Source of the DNA: a virus
Lineage: Duplodnaviria > Caudoviricetes
DNA length: 24,815 nt
Reading direction: 5' to 3' (one strand)
IMG/VR virus record: IMGVR_UViG_3300020594_000017
Location: 1 to 24,815 of that record
Position numbers and translations under genes: made by a program. The first letter of the stretch is position 1; each line of letters begins with the position of its first letter. Positions 16,349-24,366 of this stretch are shown here, in pieces. Below the pieces are notes generated by a model. That model ran no database searches, was not told the DNA's origin, and saw only the letters and a program-made list of their open reading frames with translations.

Positions 16349-16909
16349 TTAAACCTGTAGGGCCTCTTCAAGGCTCAAGCGCGGGAAGCATCCGAGGGCG
16401 CTGTATCGGCTGCAATTGATCACCTCAACGCCACGCGCATTGGCCTCTGCCGCAACCTGTGCGAACTGCTTGTGCCAGCCAGCGACCTTCTGCACGTCCG
16501 GATTCTTCGTCTTCCGGTGGTCGCCATGCCAATGGCTGCCGGCAGCAAGCGAGCAGTCGTATCCGAGCAGCAGAACCCGAGAGGCGCCCTGCTGCATAGC
16601 GAACTGTATGGCGCGCATCCCGCTGTTGTAGGCGCCGCCTGATTGGTGGTGATTCACGCCGAAGCGCTGTGCGGCCTGGCGAGTGCAGCTCCAGCGTTCA
16701 GCAGGAATGTCTATCTCTTCGCCGTACTCAGCCCACCAGCACGCATCGCCGGCATAAATCACTTCGCAGAACCTGGCCAACTTCCAACTGGAGTTCACTG
16801 CAAGGGTTGGCAGGCCTGCGCGCCCAACTACGGCACAGTCTTCAGCCGTCAAACTCGGTCCGGAAGCGATGCACACGACGGTGCAGCCAGTCCAACGCTT
16901 GGATTCCAT
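16349..16909 (-). CDS. Putative glycosyltransferase, GT42/GT29 sialyltransferase- or Maf/DUF115-like fold
   Basis: VVCIASGPSL, LAVN, NSG..AIQFA...GASRVLLLGYD, HWHGDH, VINCS..SAL..FP. TGATG-coupled to the head closure gene. Confidence 0.6.
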   Translation of the reverse strand: MESKRWTGCTVVCIASGPSLTAEDCAVVGRAGLPTLAVNSSWKLARFCEVIYAGDACWWAEYGEEIDIPAERWSCTRQAAQRFGVNHHQSGGAYNSGMRAIQFAMQQGASRVLLLGYDCSLAAGSHWHGDHRKTKNPDVQKVAGWHKQFAQVAAEANARGVEVINCSRYSALGCFPRLSLEEALQV

Positions 16910-17250
16910 CAGCCTTCGTTGACGCCTTCGGAACAGGGCGCTGTCAGGTATTCATTGCCACGCACCGGATCGGGCAGCCACCCGGCCGGGTTGTAGACCT
17001 TTCCGTTGTGCAGGACACGCATGTTCGGCAGGAGCCCATCGCGATAGCGGATTGTGATCCGCGCGCTGATATCGGATTGCACTGCCTGGGCAGCGATGAA
17101 CTCGCGAACACTCAGTGGCTCGATAGCGGCAGGCACGGAAGGCCAGACAGTTGTCCAGATAGGAACGACCTCACCAGTCACTGGGTCTTGCACGTCCTGC
17201 CGTTCCTGGATGTCCACCCGGTGGCGGAGACGGCCTGCTCGCATGCCCAT
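16909..17250 (-). CDS. Head closure / head-tail adaptor (SPP1 gp16-like)
   Basis: MRAGRLRHRVDIQ, IEPLS.REF.AAQA, RITIRYR motifs. Confidence 0.92.
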   Translation of the reverse strand: MGMRAGRLRHRVDIQERQDVQDPVTGEVVPIWTTVWPSVPAAIEPLSVREFIAAQAVQSDISARITIRYRDGLLPNMRVLHNGKVYNPAGWLPDPVRGNEYLTAPCSEGVNEG

Positions 17251-17251
17251 T

Positions 17252-17626
17252 TCAGGCCACCGCAGGATCGCGGAGCGGATAGAGAAGTGCAGTCACCGGA
17301 GCAGGCAGGTAGCCCTGAGCAAAGGCACTGTCGGGGTTCTCGTCGCGATTCTTGTAGAAGTAGCCAATCAGCAAGAGCGTGGCTTGCTGCACCGGCATCG
17401 CAACCAGCTTGTCGCCGTTGATGTCTCGCGCATACTCAGGATCGCCGTTGCTATCCATGACCGGATCGTCATTGCTATCGCGCTCGACTTCATAGGCAGA
17501 CGCCGACTTCAGGTAGTTCTTCACGGCTCCGGATGCCGCAGAGATGTATGCGCTAATGAGGGTGTCGTCCTCATCGTGGTCCATGCCGAGATGGGCCTTG
17601 GCGCGATCAAGGGTGACGTAGTCCAT
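17252..17626 (-). CDS. Head-tail connector (HK97 gp6-like)
   Basis: VTLD.AKAHL..D..EDD.LI..YI.AA, QATLLLIGYFYKNR, LLYPLR motifs. Confidence 0.92.
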   Translation of the reverse strand: MDYVTLDRAKAHLGMDHDEDDTLISAYISAASGAVKNYLKSASAYEVERDSNDDPVMDSNGDPEYARDINGDKLVAMPVQQATLLLIGYFYKNRDENPDSAFAQGYLPAPVTALLYPLRDPAVA

Positions 17627-18660
17627 CAGACCTTCACCCCTTTGCTCGGATCATGCTTCGACGCGCTGTCGCGCAGATCCTTGCCGTCACGGCCTTTCTT
17701 CACAGCCAGGCGCCAGTCAGCAGAACCACCCGGAACGCCTTCAGGCGCATCCTTCTGAGCGATCCAGTAGCAGCCGCCATAGGTGGTGCCATCGCCCTTC
17801 TCGTAGCTGTCTTCGCTGCTGTAGACGCCGCGGTCGATCACCGCAGGGATCTTCACTGACTTCTCGATCAGCGTTTCTCCAGCCTGAAGCTTGACGGTAA
17901 TGGTGCGGCCGTCTTCAGCTATGGCCATGTCGAAAGACTCCAGGGCCAGTGCATCACGACCATCCTTCGGAATCGGCATACGGTCGGCGGCTTTGTCAAA
18001 GGTATCGCGAGCCTGGCGCTCCCAGGACAGAGTGAGATCGGAGAAACGGCGCTCGAAGGTGGCGGCCACTTCGTCGACGGTCGGTACGGCTGGAAGCTGA
18101 ATGCCTTTCACCAGTTCCCCAAGGTGGGCGCGCAGAGCGTCCATATCCGCATCCTTGCCCGGCTCGGCTGGAGGCAGCGCCTTCACAGCGGATTCCACCA
18201 ACTCCACTAATAGGGGACGCACATCCTCAGCGGTTACCGATTCGCCGTCTTTCGCCGGGGGAAGTTCAGATATGGCCTTGGCCACTTCTTCACGGATGAG
18301 CGGCGCCACGTCTTCGACAGTTACCGACTTGCCGTCTTCAGGCTGCTTCAGTTCACCGAGAGCCTTGAGCAATGCGTCTCGGGCCTGCTCGGCCAACTCC
18401 AGCGGCTCGGCAAGCGCCTTGTCCGCATCCGAGCGCAAGGACTTGATTGCGTCATCGAGGATCGGTCGCACGTCCTTCACGGTGATTGACTTCCCATCCT
18501 GCGGCGCGGGAACCAGGGACGCAGCCTGCGCGGCGATGGCACCTATATCCGGCCGCTCAGCCAAGGCCTTCTCCAACTGCTCGATGCGGACAAGCAGCGG
18601 CGCCGTGGCTTCACGAACGATGGCGCCCATCGCCTTGCCGAACTCTACCGGGTCGATCAT
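17626..18660 (-). CDS. Portal-adjacent repeat protein with C-terminal CBM5/12-like motif
   Basis: Repeats P..DG.S.T..DV.P (three clear, two degenerate) and C-terminal GVY....YEKGD..TYGGCYW.A...WRLAVKKGRDG. ATGA-coupled to the portal. Confidence 0.7.
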   Translation of the reverse strand: MIDPVEFGKAMGAIVREATAPLLVRIEQLEKALAERPDIGAIAAQAASLVPAPQDGKSITVKDVRPILDDAIKSLRSDADKALAEPLELAEQARDALLKALGELKQPEDGKSVTVEDVAPLIREEVAKAISELPPAKDGESVTAEDVRPLLVELVESAVKALPPAEPGKDADMDALRAHLGELVKGIQLPAVPTVDEVAATFERRFSDLTLSWERQARDTFDKAADRMPIPKDGRDALALESFDMAIAEDGRTITVKLQAGETLIEKSVKIPAVIDRGVYSSEDSYEKGDGTTYGGCYWIAQKDAPEGVPGGSADWRLAVKKGRDGKDLRDSASKHDPSKGVKV

Positions 18661-20027
18661 TGAAGGGCCTCAGTGCGTGCGGCTTGGGCAGCCTTTAGGA
18701 GGAACAACTCGGCCAAAGCGCGCTGAGTTTGTGCGTCAGGCTCGATAGCAGGCGCTTCCTGAACGGTCGGAACTAGCTCCGCTGGAGGGGAATTGCTTGG
18801 CAGGACGTTGTTGCGCACCTGATCCAGCGGAAAATCCTGCTGCTGCATGTAAACGGTATCGCCGCCCTGCAGCGGGGGTAAATTGAAGTCGAGCCGCGCA
18901 TCGTTGATGGTCTCGATGCTGCCGTCGATCAGCGTGCGGTGGTAATCGGCTTTCTTGCCGGAGTCCATCCGCATGAGTACCGACTCGTCCATATCGACCT
19001 TGTAGGGCGATGCGTTCAACCCTTCAGTCAGCAAGCACTCCATTGCCTGAATATCTGCCTGCAAGGCGTCGTCGTAGTAGAGCTGGTTGATAGCATCTAC
19101 CCCCAATCCCGAAGGAATGGTGCCCAGGCCCACTTTGAATGGCGGGATACCAAAGGGCTGGCAGATCTGCTCATCGGAATAACGCAGTTGCTCGACCATC
19201 TGCGAATCGACCGACTTCGAGGCGAGCGAGACGAACTGAAGGCCATCGCCCACCACCGCCACTTTGCCGGCATTGGCGCCAGTGAAGTTGTCATTCCAAT
19301 AGGCCTTCAGGCGCTCGGCCGTGCCATCCGAAATTGCTCCAGGCGCGGACAGGATGCCGGAAGGCTGGGCGTTGTTGGCGAAGAACTCCGATGACGACCG
19401 GAGAATGCGCATGTTCTTGAGCGCCGGCCAGTAGGCTGCCGCAATCGGCGGCAGGCCGATCAGTGGGTGAAACGGGCAGATGCAGCGGTCGTGGATAATT
19501 TCCGAAGCAGGCACGATGAATTGAGTCTCGCTGTCGGGCAGCAGGTTCAAGTTGTCGACGTAGAGTTGGTAGAACACCTCCCCAGAGTCGGACACGAGCG
19601 GCATTACCCGACAGGGATCGAGGATATAGAGACCAATCACCACCCCACGCAGATCGCGCTCCTTGAGCACATACGTGTTGCCCTGTGTCTTCTTCGACAG
19701 CGACCAATATTCGCGGAACTGCTGGGCAGTCTGATAGTGGTTCGGCTTGCTTAGCACTGGCGAATAAGCTGCGCTGGTGATCGTCTGCCAGATGCCTTGG
19801 GAGTTCTTCTGCTTGAGGCTGAATGGCAGCTTTCCAATGTCCGTTGCGATGCGTGAGATGCAGGCATAGAGCGTTGGGTATTGCAGCAGGCTGTCCAGGC
19901 GCTCTTCCTTGTTGCGCTGCCAAGCCCCAGTGAACGGCTCGCGGATCAGCGGCCACCAGCCACGGGAAATAGGCACATTCGAAAGTGCCTTCTGGCGGCG
20001 TTTGATTTCGTAGCCGAACAGGCGCAT
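18657..20027 (-). CDS. Portal protein, HK97 family
   Basis: YACISRIATDIGKLP, KPNHYQT..QF, GNTY, EIIHDR, G.PPI, FFANNAQPSGIL, TINDAR...NLPP..GGD. Confidence 0.95.
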   Translation of the reverse strand: MRLFGYEIKRRQKALSNVPISRGWWPLIREPFTGAWQRNKEERLDSLLQYPTLYACISRIATDIGKLPFSLKQKNSQGIWQTITSAAYSPVLSKPNHYQTAQQFREYWSLSKKTQGNTYVLKERDLRGVVIGLYILDPCRVMPLVSDSGEVFYQLYVDNLNLLPDSETQFIVPASEIIHDRCICPFHPLIGLPPIAAAYWPALKNMRILRSSSEFFANNAQPSGILSAPGAISDGTAERLKAYWNDNFTGANAGKVAVVGDGLQFVSLASKSVDSQMVEQLRYSDEQICQPFGIPPFKVGLGTIPSGLGVDAINQLYYDDALQADIQAMECLLTEGLNASPYKVDMDESVLMRMDSGKKADYHRTLIDGSIETINDARLDFNLPPLQGGDTVYMQQQDFPLDQVRNNVLPSNSPPAELVPTVQEAPAIEPDAQTQRALAELFLLKAAQAARTEALQ

Positions 20028-20030
20028 GCC

Positions 20031-20252
20031 TTACTCCTGAGCCTTGGATTTTCGGCCGCGCTTCTTCAGCGGCTCAGTCTGCACTTTGGGATCCACGGCC
20101 ATGGTTTCTTCCATGACAGGGCTATCGGCAACCTCAACGACAGGCTCCTGCTCCGGCCAGCGTGCACGCTTCATCTTGACCAGGATGTTGGCGTACTTCA
20201 CCGGCATGGTTTTCAGCTTGCCGGTTTTCAGATCGATCACTTGAACGCTCAT
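20031..20252 (-). CDS. Small hypothetical head-region protein
   Basis: 73 aa with basic C-terminus KKRGRKSK; SD GGAGG upstream; 3-bp gap to the portal start. Confidence 0.7.
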   Translation of the reverse strand: MSVQVIDLKTGKLKTMPVKYANILVKMKRARWPEQEPVVEVADSPVMEETMAVDPKVQTEPLKKRGRKSKAQE

Positions 20253-20288
20253 AGACCCTCCAGGGAATCTGGCGCCGGAGCGCCCTGA

Positions 20289-20582
20289 TTAGCAACCCAC
20301 TTGGTCGTAGGTTTCAAGAACCGATACGCTCAGCGTTCCAGTCCCGCCAATTCGGTAGGCCCAGATTTCTGCTTCAGTTTCGATCTGCAGCGTTCCATTC
20401 AACAGAAAACCGTTCGCACCAGTGACTGCACTGCTTGCACCGATGTGAAACGAGCTTCCCGGGTAAGCGATGACCACAGCCTTGCGGCCTGGTCGCGCGT
20501 CGAGCAATTTAACTGCAGATTGCACCGGAACACCGACTACAGAGGTCGCTATGCTTTCCGTCGACCCAACAACCTTTGCCAT
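20289..20582 (-). CDS. Small beta-rich protein, possible capsid decoration or spike
   Basis: 97 aa directly after the capsid gene; AT-rich RBS AAAAGAGGAATAAAATA-ATG; Val/Gly/Ser/Thr-rich strands. Confidence 0.6.
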   Translation of the reverse strand: MAKVVGSTESIATSVVGVPVQSAVKLLDARPGRKAVVIAYPGSSFHIGASSAVTGANGFLLNGTLQIETEAEIWAYRIGGTGTLSVSVLETYDQVGC

Positions 20583-20605
20583 TATTTATTCCTCTTTTGA
20601 TAAAT

Positions 20606-20635
20606 AAGGCTTGCCGCCAGATGGCGACAAGCCTT
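20606..20635 (-). terminator. Hairpin terminator after the major capsid gene
   Basis: AAGGCTTGTCGCCA-TC-TGGCGGCAAGCCTT followed by ATTTAT on the minus strand. Confidence 0.7.
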
Positions 20636-20646
20636 CACGTCAAGGT

Positions 20647-22647
20647 TTACGGCGCGGCATCACCCCAGTTCACGCCGGTCAGGTAGGCTACGGCCGAGGT
20701 GCGACGACGAGCCCAGTTGATGGTGCGCTCGGCGCGGAAGCCGACCAGGTTGCGCTGCCACAGCGATACGAGGACGGTGCTGGCAGTGGTCGGGTTGTCC
20801 GGCGAGTCGTTCATCTGCAGGGACGCCTCGGTGGACATCGACAGGTCGATGCCGCCTTCGTCGCCCAGGTAGATGTCGCTGGCGTTCACCAGGGCCACGA
20901 TGGAGCCGCTGGAATCGGTCGGCACGAACTCCGACACGATCACCGGAAGACCATTGAGCGTGCCGCCGGTCATGGTGATGGTCGGGAACTCCGGTTGACC
21001 GAGAGCGTTGACCATCAGGCTGAGCGACAGCGCCATGGTGGCGGTCATAATGAACACACCGGAGGTTGGCGCGTTGTTGGCCGCGATGAAGGCGCTGAAC
21101 AGCGCTTTCAGATCGGCGCGAACCGCTTCGGCGTCATTACCGCTGGACGCAATGCCCACAACACCGTTGAGAATGGAGGCTGGGGAAACGCCGGAAACTG
21201 CAGCCTTGGCGGGATCGATGAAGTCGATATCCAGGCGTTCGCGCAGGGCTGCGGCCAGTTGGTCGCGGATGATGCCGTCGGCGGCCGGGCTGGAATCGCG
21301 GATCACCTCCATAGTGGCCACGGCGATGTTGGCAACCTTCAGCGGCTCCAGGGTGGTGCGGTTGAAGTCGAACTTGGTCAGCGGCTTGGCCTGGCCCTCG
21401 CCAACCCAGTAACCGTCGCCGCCGGAGGTCTGGCCGATCAGCGGAGTACGGAACGGTACGCGGCGCAGGCCGGGAATGCCGTTGGTGCCGAAGCGGCCGA
21501 GGATGGTCTGCGGACGCAGGTATTCCACGAAGTCGGCGAAGACGTTGGTTTCGTCGCCAACCAGCGGGCCGGCCCAGGTTGCATCGGAGGTGGTCGCAGC
21601 CGCTACGGCAGCCTTGGTCACCAGGCGCTGAGTGGCGGCGATGATGGAGTCCTGGCCGTCGTACAGGGCCTTGGCAATGCCGATGGCGTCACGGTGTTCC
21701 AGGTGGCCCAGGGCGAGGCACTTGGCGGCGCGAGCGAAGGCGATGCCGGGCTCCAGCTTCTGGGTGTTCTTGGCGCGTACCTGCAGCTCTTTCACATCCA
21801 GCGTCTGGATGCGCTTGGCGCCGGGTTCTTCCGATACCGGCTTGGCGGTCGCAGCCTGCGTCTTCTGCATGTTGCGCAGGCGGCCGATGTGCTTGTCGAT
21901 GGCAGCGATCTCGGCTTCCAGAGTGTCGAATTGCTCCGACTGTTCGGCATCCAGGGTTTCGCCGGCCTCGGCGGATTTGGTCATGATGGCTTCCATTTCG
22001 GTAGCCTTGGCGGTGCGGGTCGCCTCGAACTCGGCGATCTGCTCAGCGATGGTCTTCATGTCGTTGCCCTCCTCGGGCTTCGGAGACTTGATGGATTTGG
22101 TGCGGGTTGCCGAAGCGCCGGCGGGGGGAACGCGAACGACCGTGACAGACTTGATGCCAAGCGCGGCGCGCTGTTCTCGGTCGATGGATTTCACGGAAGT
22201 GATCGTTGCTTCTGCGTTGGCCGGAATTGTCACGGCCGACAGTTCGAACCATTCCCATGAGAGGAAGCGCAGCCCCCAGGAACCAGGGATCTGCTCGAAT
22301 TCTTTGGCGTAGAAGCCAATCGAGAGACCGCGGACAAGGCCGGACTTGATCGACTGCCAGGCCTCATCGAGGCGGTCTTTCAGCTTTCCGGGCTCATCCA
22401 CCCGGGTGAGCTGCACGGAAACCTCGATCCCTCTCTGCGTAACCTTGGCCTCGGTGACGTGCCCAATCGGCTCGTCATGGTTGTGCTGCCAGAGGAACGG
22501 GATCGGAAGCTTGAACTCGGCGCCTTTCGGCTCAACCACGTCCTGCATCCGATCAGGCGAAGGAGTCGAAGCGATGCCAGTGATGACGCGCTTCTCTTCG
22601 TCCAGCGCCTTCACCTCAAGGGTGCTGTACGCTCGATTGGTCTTCAT
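20647..22647 (-). CDS. Fused HK97-type prohead protease + major capsid protein
   Basis: N-terminal protease: ITGIAST...DR..DVV, FLWQHN...PIG, GLSIGF, ELSAVTIPAN. Then a coiled-coil delta domain and HK97-fold capsid (WVGEG..KP, GTLNGLPVIVSE, SLWQRNLVGFRAER). Confidence 0.95.
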   Translation of the reverse strand: MKTNRAYSTLEVKALDEEKRVITGIASTPSPDRMQDVVEPKGAEFKLPIPFLWQHNHDEPIGHVTEAKVTQRGIEVSVQLTRVDEPGKLKDRLDEAWQSIKSGLVRGLSIGFYAKEFEQIPGSWGLRFLSWEWFELSAVTIPANAEATITSVKSIDREQRAALGIKSVTVVRVPPAGASATRTKSIKSPKPEEGNDMKTIAEQIAEFEATRTAKATEMEAIMTKSAEAGETLDAEQSEQFDTLEAEIAAIDKHIGRLRNMQKTQAATAKPVSEEPGAKRIQTLDVKELQVRAKNTQKLEPGIAFARAAKCLALGHLEHRDAIGIAKALYDGQDSIIAATQRLVTKAAVAAATTSDATWAGPLVGDETNVFADFVEYLRPQTILGRFGTNGIPGLRRVPFRTPLIGQTSGGDGYWVGEGQAKPLTKFDFNRTTLEPLKVANIAVATMEVIRDSSPAADGIIRDQLAAALRERLDIDFIDPAKAAVSGVSPASILNGVVGIASSGNDAEAVRADLKALFSAFIAANNAPTSGVFIMTATMALSLSLMVNALGQPEFPTITMTGGTLNGLPVIVSEFVPTDSSGSIVALVNASDIYLGDEGGIDLSMSTEASLQMNDSPDNPTTASTVLVSLWQRNLVGFRAERTINWARRRTSAVAYLTGVNWGDAAP

Positions 22648-22655
22648 TGCGGGCT

Positions 22656-22691
22656 CTCCAGAAACGAGAAAGCCCGCTCAAGGCGGGCTCT
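22656..22691 (-). promoter_or_regulatory. Terminator-like hairpin fused to capsid RBS (repeat module copy 2)
   Basis: AGAGCCCGC-cttga-GCGGGCT TTCTCGTTTCT GGAG on the minus strand; 29/34 identical to 15583-15616. Confidence 0.65.
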
Positions 22692-22706
22692 AAAGGTGCC
22701 GGGCAA

Positions 22707-24365
22707 TCAGCCCAGAACGAATATCTGAAACTTCTTGGTCGCGGCAGCAGGGTTCTGCGCCATCAGCGTGACGGCGTTGAACATGGCCATCAGCGGGTCA
22801 ATCTTTGCCGAGCCTGATGCCTGCTTGGTGATCAGGATCGAGTTGGCTCGCGGCTCGACGCGGGCATTGCCGACGCACCAGGCCATCATGGGCTGCGCTG
22901 CCGGCTGGAACTCGCCCGAGGCAAGCCACCGCTCAGCGGTCTTGATCGCGCCACCAAGCTTCCAGCCCTGGCTCACCGCGACAATTTTGTCATTCGGAAT
23001 ATTGCGCTCGGCCAGCTTGTCGAGAATCGCCCCGAGGCCAACCGGATCGCAGCCGATCAGGTCCAGCAGGCCCGCCTCCATAATCTGCTCGCAGATATCG
23101 GCCAGCTCTTCCACGTCGTCGCCGACGCGCTTGACCAGCGTCAGGTGCCCGGCCTTGGCGAAGTCTTCCAGGGCCGGAGCAATCTCCTTGCGCCGCTCCA
23201 GTACGGAGGGATGGGCCCAGGCATAACCCCAGCCAAGCTTGCGCTGTGAATCCTTCTCCCGGCCGACCAGGTAGAGGCCGAGCAAATCGTCCAGACCGCC
23301 ACCGTCGACGCCAATGTCGATCACTTCGCAGCGCTCCAACAACTGATCGAAGGTGACGGGTATAACCGATCCCTCCCAGAAGTCGGCGCCAGCCCAGCGG
23401 TCGGAGCGCAGCGCCAGACCGATCTCGACGTTGCCGTGCTTGGCGAGGAAGCCGCGGAAGGACTCTTCGCCGCCCTGCTTAGCCTTGGTGAACTCCCGCT
23501 CAAGGAATTCCTCATCCACCGAATAACCGAGGTTCGGATTGACCAGGGCCAGGTTTTCAGCCAGTAGGTGCTCCTTGCGGGCCACCATTTCTGGCGGATG
23601 CTCAAAGATCACCGGGACAAATCGCTTGTCGACGATCACGCCATCGCGCACATCGCGTGCGTACTGCAGCTTCTGCTTGAACACGCCCGCTGGAGGCTCA
23701 TCAGACTGCGTGGTCAAGTAGATCACAAAGCCTTCTGGGCGCGAGGCAAGACCTCCAATCGCTTCCCGCAGCATGTTCTCGGCGTCGTGACGCTTGCCGA
23801 ACAACCAGAGCTCATCGACCAGCGTGCCGACCGATTTCTTGCCGCCGACCGTGTTGGAGTCGGCCGCGACAACCTTCAGCGTCGCTCCGCTCTCGCGGTG
23901 AGTGATCGATTTGATGTGCGTCTGCACGTGCATCAGCGCATCGAGATCCTCGTCGCGCTGTGTCATGTCCCGGGCTGGAGCGTAGGCGTTATTTGCCACC
24001 TCGACCGTGGGCGCAAGGATCGAGAACTCGGCTGACTGGCGCCAGTTCAGAATGAGCGCCGTCATCATGATCCCGGCAGCGATGGTGCTCTTGCTGTTCT
24101 TCTTCGGGATCAGGATGAACCACTCGGTGATCAGCCGACGACCAGTCTCTGTGTCATAGGCCCCGAAGATCGACGCTACAAGATCGAACACCCATTGAGC
24201 ACACGCCTCACCAAAGGTCGGGCTACCAGGGGCGTCCACGATCTTCAGTTGCTTGAACACATCCAGGGCTTGCTCCGCCATCTTCGGGAAGATCGGCGGC
24301 GGAATTATCGACTCGCCTCGAATCAGGCGATCAGCCCAATCGGGGCAAGCCGTTGTCCATTCCAT
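22707..24365 (-). CDS. terL: Terminase large subunit
   Basis: Walker A-like IPKKNSKST, Walker B LVDELW, LTTQS, nuclease GVDGGGLDDL and KIDP. Confidence 0.95.
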   Translation of the reverse strand: MEWTTACPDWADRLIRGESIIPPPIFPKMAEQALDVFKQLKIVDAPGSPTFGEACAQWVFDLVASIFGAYDTETGRRLITEWFILIPKKNSKSTIAAGIMMTALILNWRQSAEFSILAPTVEVANNAYAPARDMTQRDEDLDALMHVQTHIKSITHRESGATLKVVAADSNTVGGKKSVGTLVDELWLFGKRHDAENMLREAIGGLASRPEGFVIYLTTQSDEPPAGVFKQKLQYARDVRDGVIVDKRFVPVIFEHPPEMVARKEHLLAENLALVNPNLGYSVDEEFLEREFTKAKQGGEESFRGFLAKHGNVEIGLALRSDRWAGADFWEGSVIPVTFDQLLERCEVIDIGVDGGGLDDLLGLYLVGREKDSQRKLGWGYAWAHPSVLERRKEIAPALEDFAKAGHLTLVKRVGDDVEELADICEQIMEAGLLDLIGCDPVGLGAILDKLAERNIPNDKIVAVSQGWKLGGAIKTAERWLASGEFQPAAQPMMAWCVGNARVEPRANSILITKQASGSAKIDPLMAMFNAVTLMAQNPAAATKKFQIFVLG

Positions 24366-24366
24366 A

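Noticed and set aside
14384-16909. Classical serotype-conversion cassette (gtrABC or D3-like)
   Set aside because: No multi-pass membrane proteins and no evident independent promoter; the genes are coupled to virion genes. A cytoplasmic LPS-core target is not fully excluded.
18640-18720. Frameshift fusion of portal and the 344-aa repeat protein
   Set aside because: No slippery heptamer seen near the portal stop; the ATGA overlap is explained by translational coupling.
20611-22260. 549-aa plus-strand ORF and other long antisense ORFs (e.g. 8064..8888, 16669..17421, 17054..17758, 6504..7223)
   Set aside because: They lie antisense to well-supported structural genes in GC-rich DNA, have no recognisable motifs, and are typical shadow ORFs.
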